A DNA stretch of 64,000 nt. Source: an uncultured Gammaproteobacteria bacterium. GTDB lineage: Bacteria > Patescibacteriota > Microgenomatia > UBA1406 > GWC2-37-13. Below are positions 62,052-64,000 of this stretch, piece after piece; the stretch's first letter is position 1; each line of letters opens with the position of its first letter. The DNA is taken from positions 870-64,869 of the forward strand of contig CAYPZT010000001.1 of the NCBI GenBank assembly GCA_964415435.1, given 5' to 3'. Made by a program: the position numbers and the translations under genes. The notes below the pieces were generated by a model that saw only the letters and a program-made list of their open reading frames with translations, did not search any database and had not been told where the DNA came from.

Positions 62052-63827
62052 ATGAGCGAATTCTTTAGAGGTCTTCTTACTAGAAAAAATGTGGCGCGTG
62101 TAGTCGCCGCAGGCACTATAGCCGCGGGCGCAGTTGCATGTGGTACTCCTGACGTTGCCGCTCAAACCCCAACGCCTCCCAGACCAGGAGTAACAGAGGG
62201 GCTCGTAACTCCAACTCCCATCGAATTGTTACCTACTACAGGTGGAGACTTTGAAGTGAAGGCATTTACTCCAGTTTTAAGTGCAGCCGGAACACTTCCC
62301 GAGGGCATCACTCCAGACATGAACCTGCGCGCCCTCAAAACGATCGACCAGGTAAAGAAAGATTTTGGACGTACGATAAGTGGCGAATTTATGTCTTTTA
62401 ACCTTGCGCTTCAGACGGAAGAAGGAACTGTGGGTGCTGATCTTGTATATAGTCCAGTAATCCAAGAGCTCGACGATCAAGGACATAATCTCGTATATAT
62501 AAATGGTAAACCAGCCGTTACGGGCATCGCAAGCACCATGCACGAAGATGATGGTACTGCTACAGAAGCGCTTGTACATTCTTACTTAAACGCAGATGGA
62601 TTAAAAAAGGTACAGGATGCGCTAGCTAAGGGTGCCGAACCAAAGCTTGATGATGCTGATTTTGGCGAATTTGCCCTGGCCCAACAGCTTACCCGTGGTA
62701 ACACAATTGAGGGTTATAAAAAGGCCTTAAAAGGCCCACAGGCAGAAAAATACAAACAGAGCATTGACAGAGCTTTTTTCAGCAATCTTTGGGTGTTCGA
62801 TCCCAATACGGCAGACAAGACCGACGCTTTCGTTTTGAAGTATCTGCCGGCACAAAGCTCAAATGTAGGAACGGTTGCTGATACAGCAGCTATTATTACG
62901 GATGCACTTGATGGTTTTTTTGCTTCGACTGCGGGCTCTGTTGAAGCCGCGCCTCAGCCACCTCCATCTGTTGCACCTCGTACAGCTACACCAAAAGCCA
63001 CCGAAGCGCCGTTCCCTGAACCATCACGAACACCAAGTCCTGTAGCTATTGCAACAAAAGAACCTACTAAAGAACCGACAAAAGTGGCCGTTGTTCCAAC
63101 TAATACTCCTGCACCAACTGTAACACCCGAACCAACAGTTTCTATTCCGAACGGAGAAACAGACTATTCTAATTACAGCCAGGAACAGTTCGCAAAAATT
63201 TATGATGGTGCTCAAAAAATGTATAACGTGGGTCAAAATGGAAAAGAGGGTCAAGAAATTCCTTTGGGTCTTTATCAATATACATCAACAACAGGCGACA
63301 TAAAAGTAAAGGTCGATGGTATTTTACTTACAAAAGGTCCAAAAGAAACAGTAAGTGTAGATGGTATTTCAGACATTCCCGGTGAACCCGTAACTAGAGA
63401 AACGGGAGCCTATAAAGGACAGATACTTATCAAGGATAGCAATGGTGTGTTCTATGTTAAAAACATCTTAATACAGGATCGTAATGTTCAGTTGCAAACT
63501 GCTTCGAATCACGAGGATGGAGCATCTACAGGTATTTCCACTCCTGTGGAGGATGTGGTAAATCAACTTGATACTAACACTCAACATGCATTTGTTGCGT
63601 ATGCGAAGACCGACCATCAAAAAGCTTTACAAACTATTCAAAAATATATAGACTCTGGCGACATTGCATCCGCAAATAGTCTTAAAGTAAAACTCGCGCT
63701 TATCGAATCTATGGGAAAAGACACGCTACTTTTTGAAAACCTTTTTGCCACAGGTGGAGACCTTACCGAATTGAACCAAATTGACACATTTGGACCCGTA
63801 GATATCGTTAAAGTAAATAAACCTTAA
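62052..63827 (+). CDS. 591-aa exported (possibly lipo-)protein with PT-rich linker, unknown function
   Basis: Hydrophobic N-terminus ending AGAVAC|G (lipobox-like); central linker PQPPPSVAPRTATPKATEAPFPEPSRTPSP...; no domain recognised. Confidence 0.8.
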   Translation: MSEFFRGLLTRKNVARVVAAGTIAAGAVACGTPDVAAQTPTPPRPGVTEGLVTPTPIELLPTTGGDFEVKAFTPVLSAAGTLPEGITPDMNLRALKTIDQVKKDFGRTISGEFMSFNLALQTEEGTVGADLVYSPVIQELDDQGHNLVYINGKPAVTGIASTMHEDDGTATEALVHSYLNADGLKKVQDALAKGAEPKLDDADFGEFALAQQLTRGNTIEGYKKALKGPQAEKYKQSIDRAFFSNLWVFDPNTADKTDAFVLKYLPAQSSNVGTVADTAAIITDALDGFFASTAGSVEAAPQPPPSVAPRTATPKATEAPFPEPSRTPSPVAIATKEPTKEPTKVAVVPTNTPAPTVTPEPTVSIPNGETDYSNYSQEQFAKIYDGAQKMYNVGQNGKEGQEIPLGLYQYTSTTGDIKVKVDGILLTKGPKETVSVDGISDIPGEPVTRETGAYKGQILIKDSNGVFYVKNILIQDRNVQLQTASNHEDGASTGISTPVEDVVNQLDTNTQHAFVAYAKTDHQKALQTIQKYIDSGDIASANSLKVKLALIESMGKDTLLFENLFATGGDLTELNQIDTFGPVDIVKVNKP

Positions 63828-63887
63828 AACTTCGGGGGTTCTTCCTTATTTGAAAATTTTTTTCTTCTCTGGTATGGTATTACTAAG

Positions 63888-64000
63888 ATGCTTTTAAAGC
63901 GCAATTTTTTTTTGGTAGGGGTCTTAATCGTGCTTTTGTTGACTCTCATTTTTTTATACCTTTTAGTTAGCCAAAAAACTCTTAAGAAAAGTTTGCCCGT
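63888..64000 (+). CDS. 5' fragment of a membrane-anchored protein gene (continues beyond the window)
   Basis: ATG 63888: MLLKRNFFLVGVLIVLLLTLIFLYLLVSQKTLKKSLP... is open to the window end. Confidence 0.4.
   Translation, partial: MLLKRNFFLVGVLIVLLLTLIFLYLLVSQKTLKKSLP

Noticed and set aside
61804-62165. 69-aa and 81-aa minus-strand ORFs in the 249-bp gap upstream of the 591-aa gene
   Set aside because: They have poor composition and no start signals, and they overlap the TTGACT-16-TATAAT promoter and the start of the plus-strand gene.
62229-62243. LPTTG motif in the 591-aa exported protein, a possible sortase signal
   Set aside because: The motif sits at residues 60-64, near the N-terminus, and is not followed by a C-terminal hydrophobic segment and basic tail. 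It is probably a chance occurrence within a PT-rich linker.

Overview
The window is 64 kb of a compact bacterial chromosome. By eye it is about 40% G+C, lower in the membrane-protein genes. I infer a Patescibacteria/CPR-type organism from the gene content: many short genes, secreted proteins with Pro/Thr linkers, TrbC/VirB2-like mini-pilins, ComM and DprA, an archaeal-type ApgM, and sparse biosynthesis.

All homology calls rest on motif recognition by reading the translations; no searches were run.

**Feature calls**
- About 95 CDS. These include a thymidine kinase cut by the left edge and roughly a dozen ORFs under 60 aa that are absent from the supplied track.
- Three tRNAs: Asn-GTT, Pro-GGG, and an unusually short 70-nt tRNA with a CAT anticodon.
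- Ten sigma70-type promoter elements and three hairpin terminators.

**Recognisable gene groups**
- dTMP/nucleotide salvage: tdk, dCMP deaminase, and a dut-thyA-folA-DUF1599 operon.
- Central carbon: rpiB, an Rpe-like protein, eno and apgM.
- Oxidative repair: msrB and msrA.
- Envelope: sortase, L,D-transpeptidase, PBP2, GT2, GT4, two GT-C-like membrane proteins, a polysaccharide deacetylase and signal peptidase I.
- DNA uptake and processing: comM, dprA and tatD.
- Regulators: TrmB, MerR/TipA-like and HxlR.

I saw no rRNA, CRISPR array, transposase, integrase or recognisable defence operon.

**Most notable observations**
1. An 869-aa secreted protein strings Cys-rich mini-modules on Pro/Thr linkers. 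One module has inhibitor-cystine-knot loop spacing, and the protein ends in a dockerin.
2. A membrane-protein gene with higher G+C is bracketed by two nested inverted repeats. It has a leader of about 190 nt containing an SD-AUG-AUG-UAA start-stop element and an anti-SD sequence.
3. A soluble orphan protein of 1053 aa sits behind a near-consensus promoter.
4. TATAAT-N5-8-ATG geometry recurs at about 18 genes, implying leaderless mRNAs.
5. One protein fuses a nucleoside 2-deoxyribosyltransferase-like domain to a ribbon-helix-helix domain.
6. Two paralogous mini-ORFs flank a membrane-protein gene.
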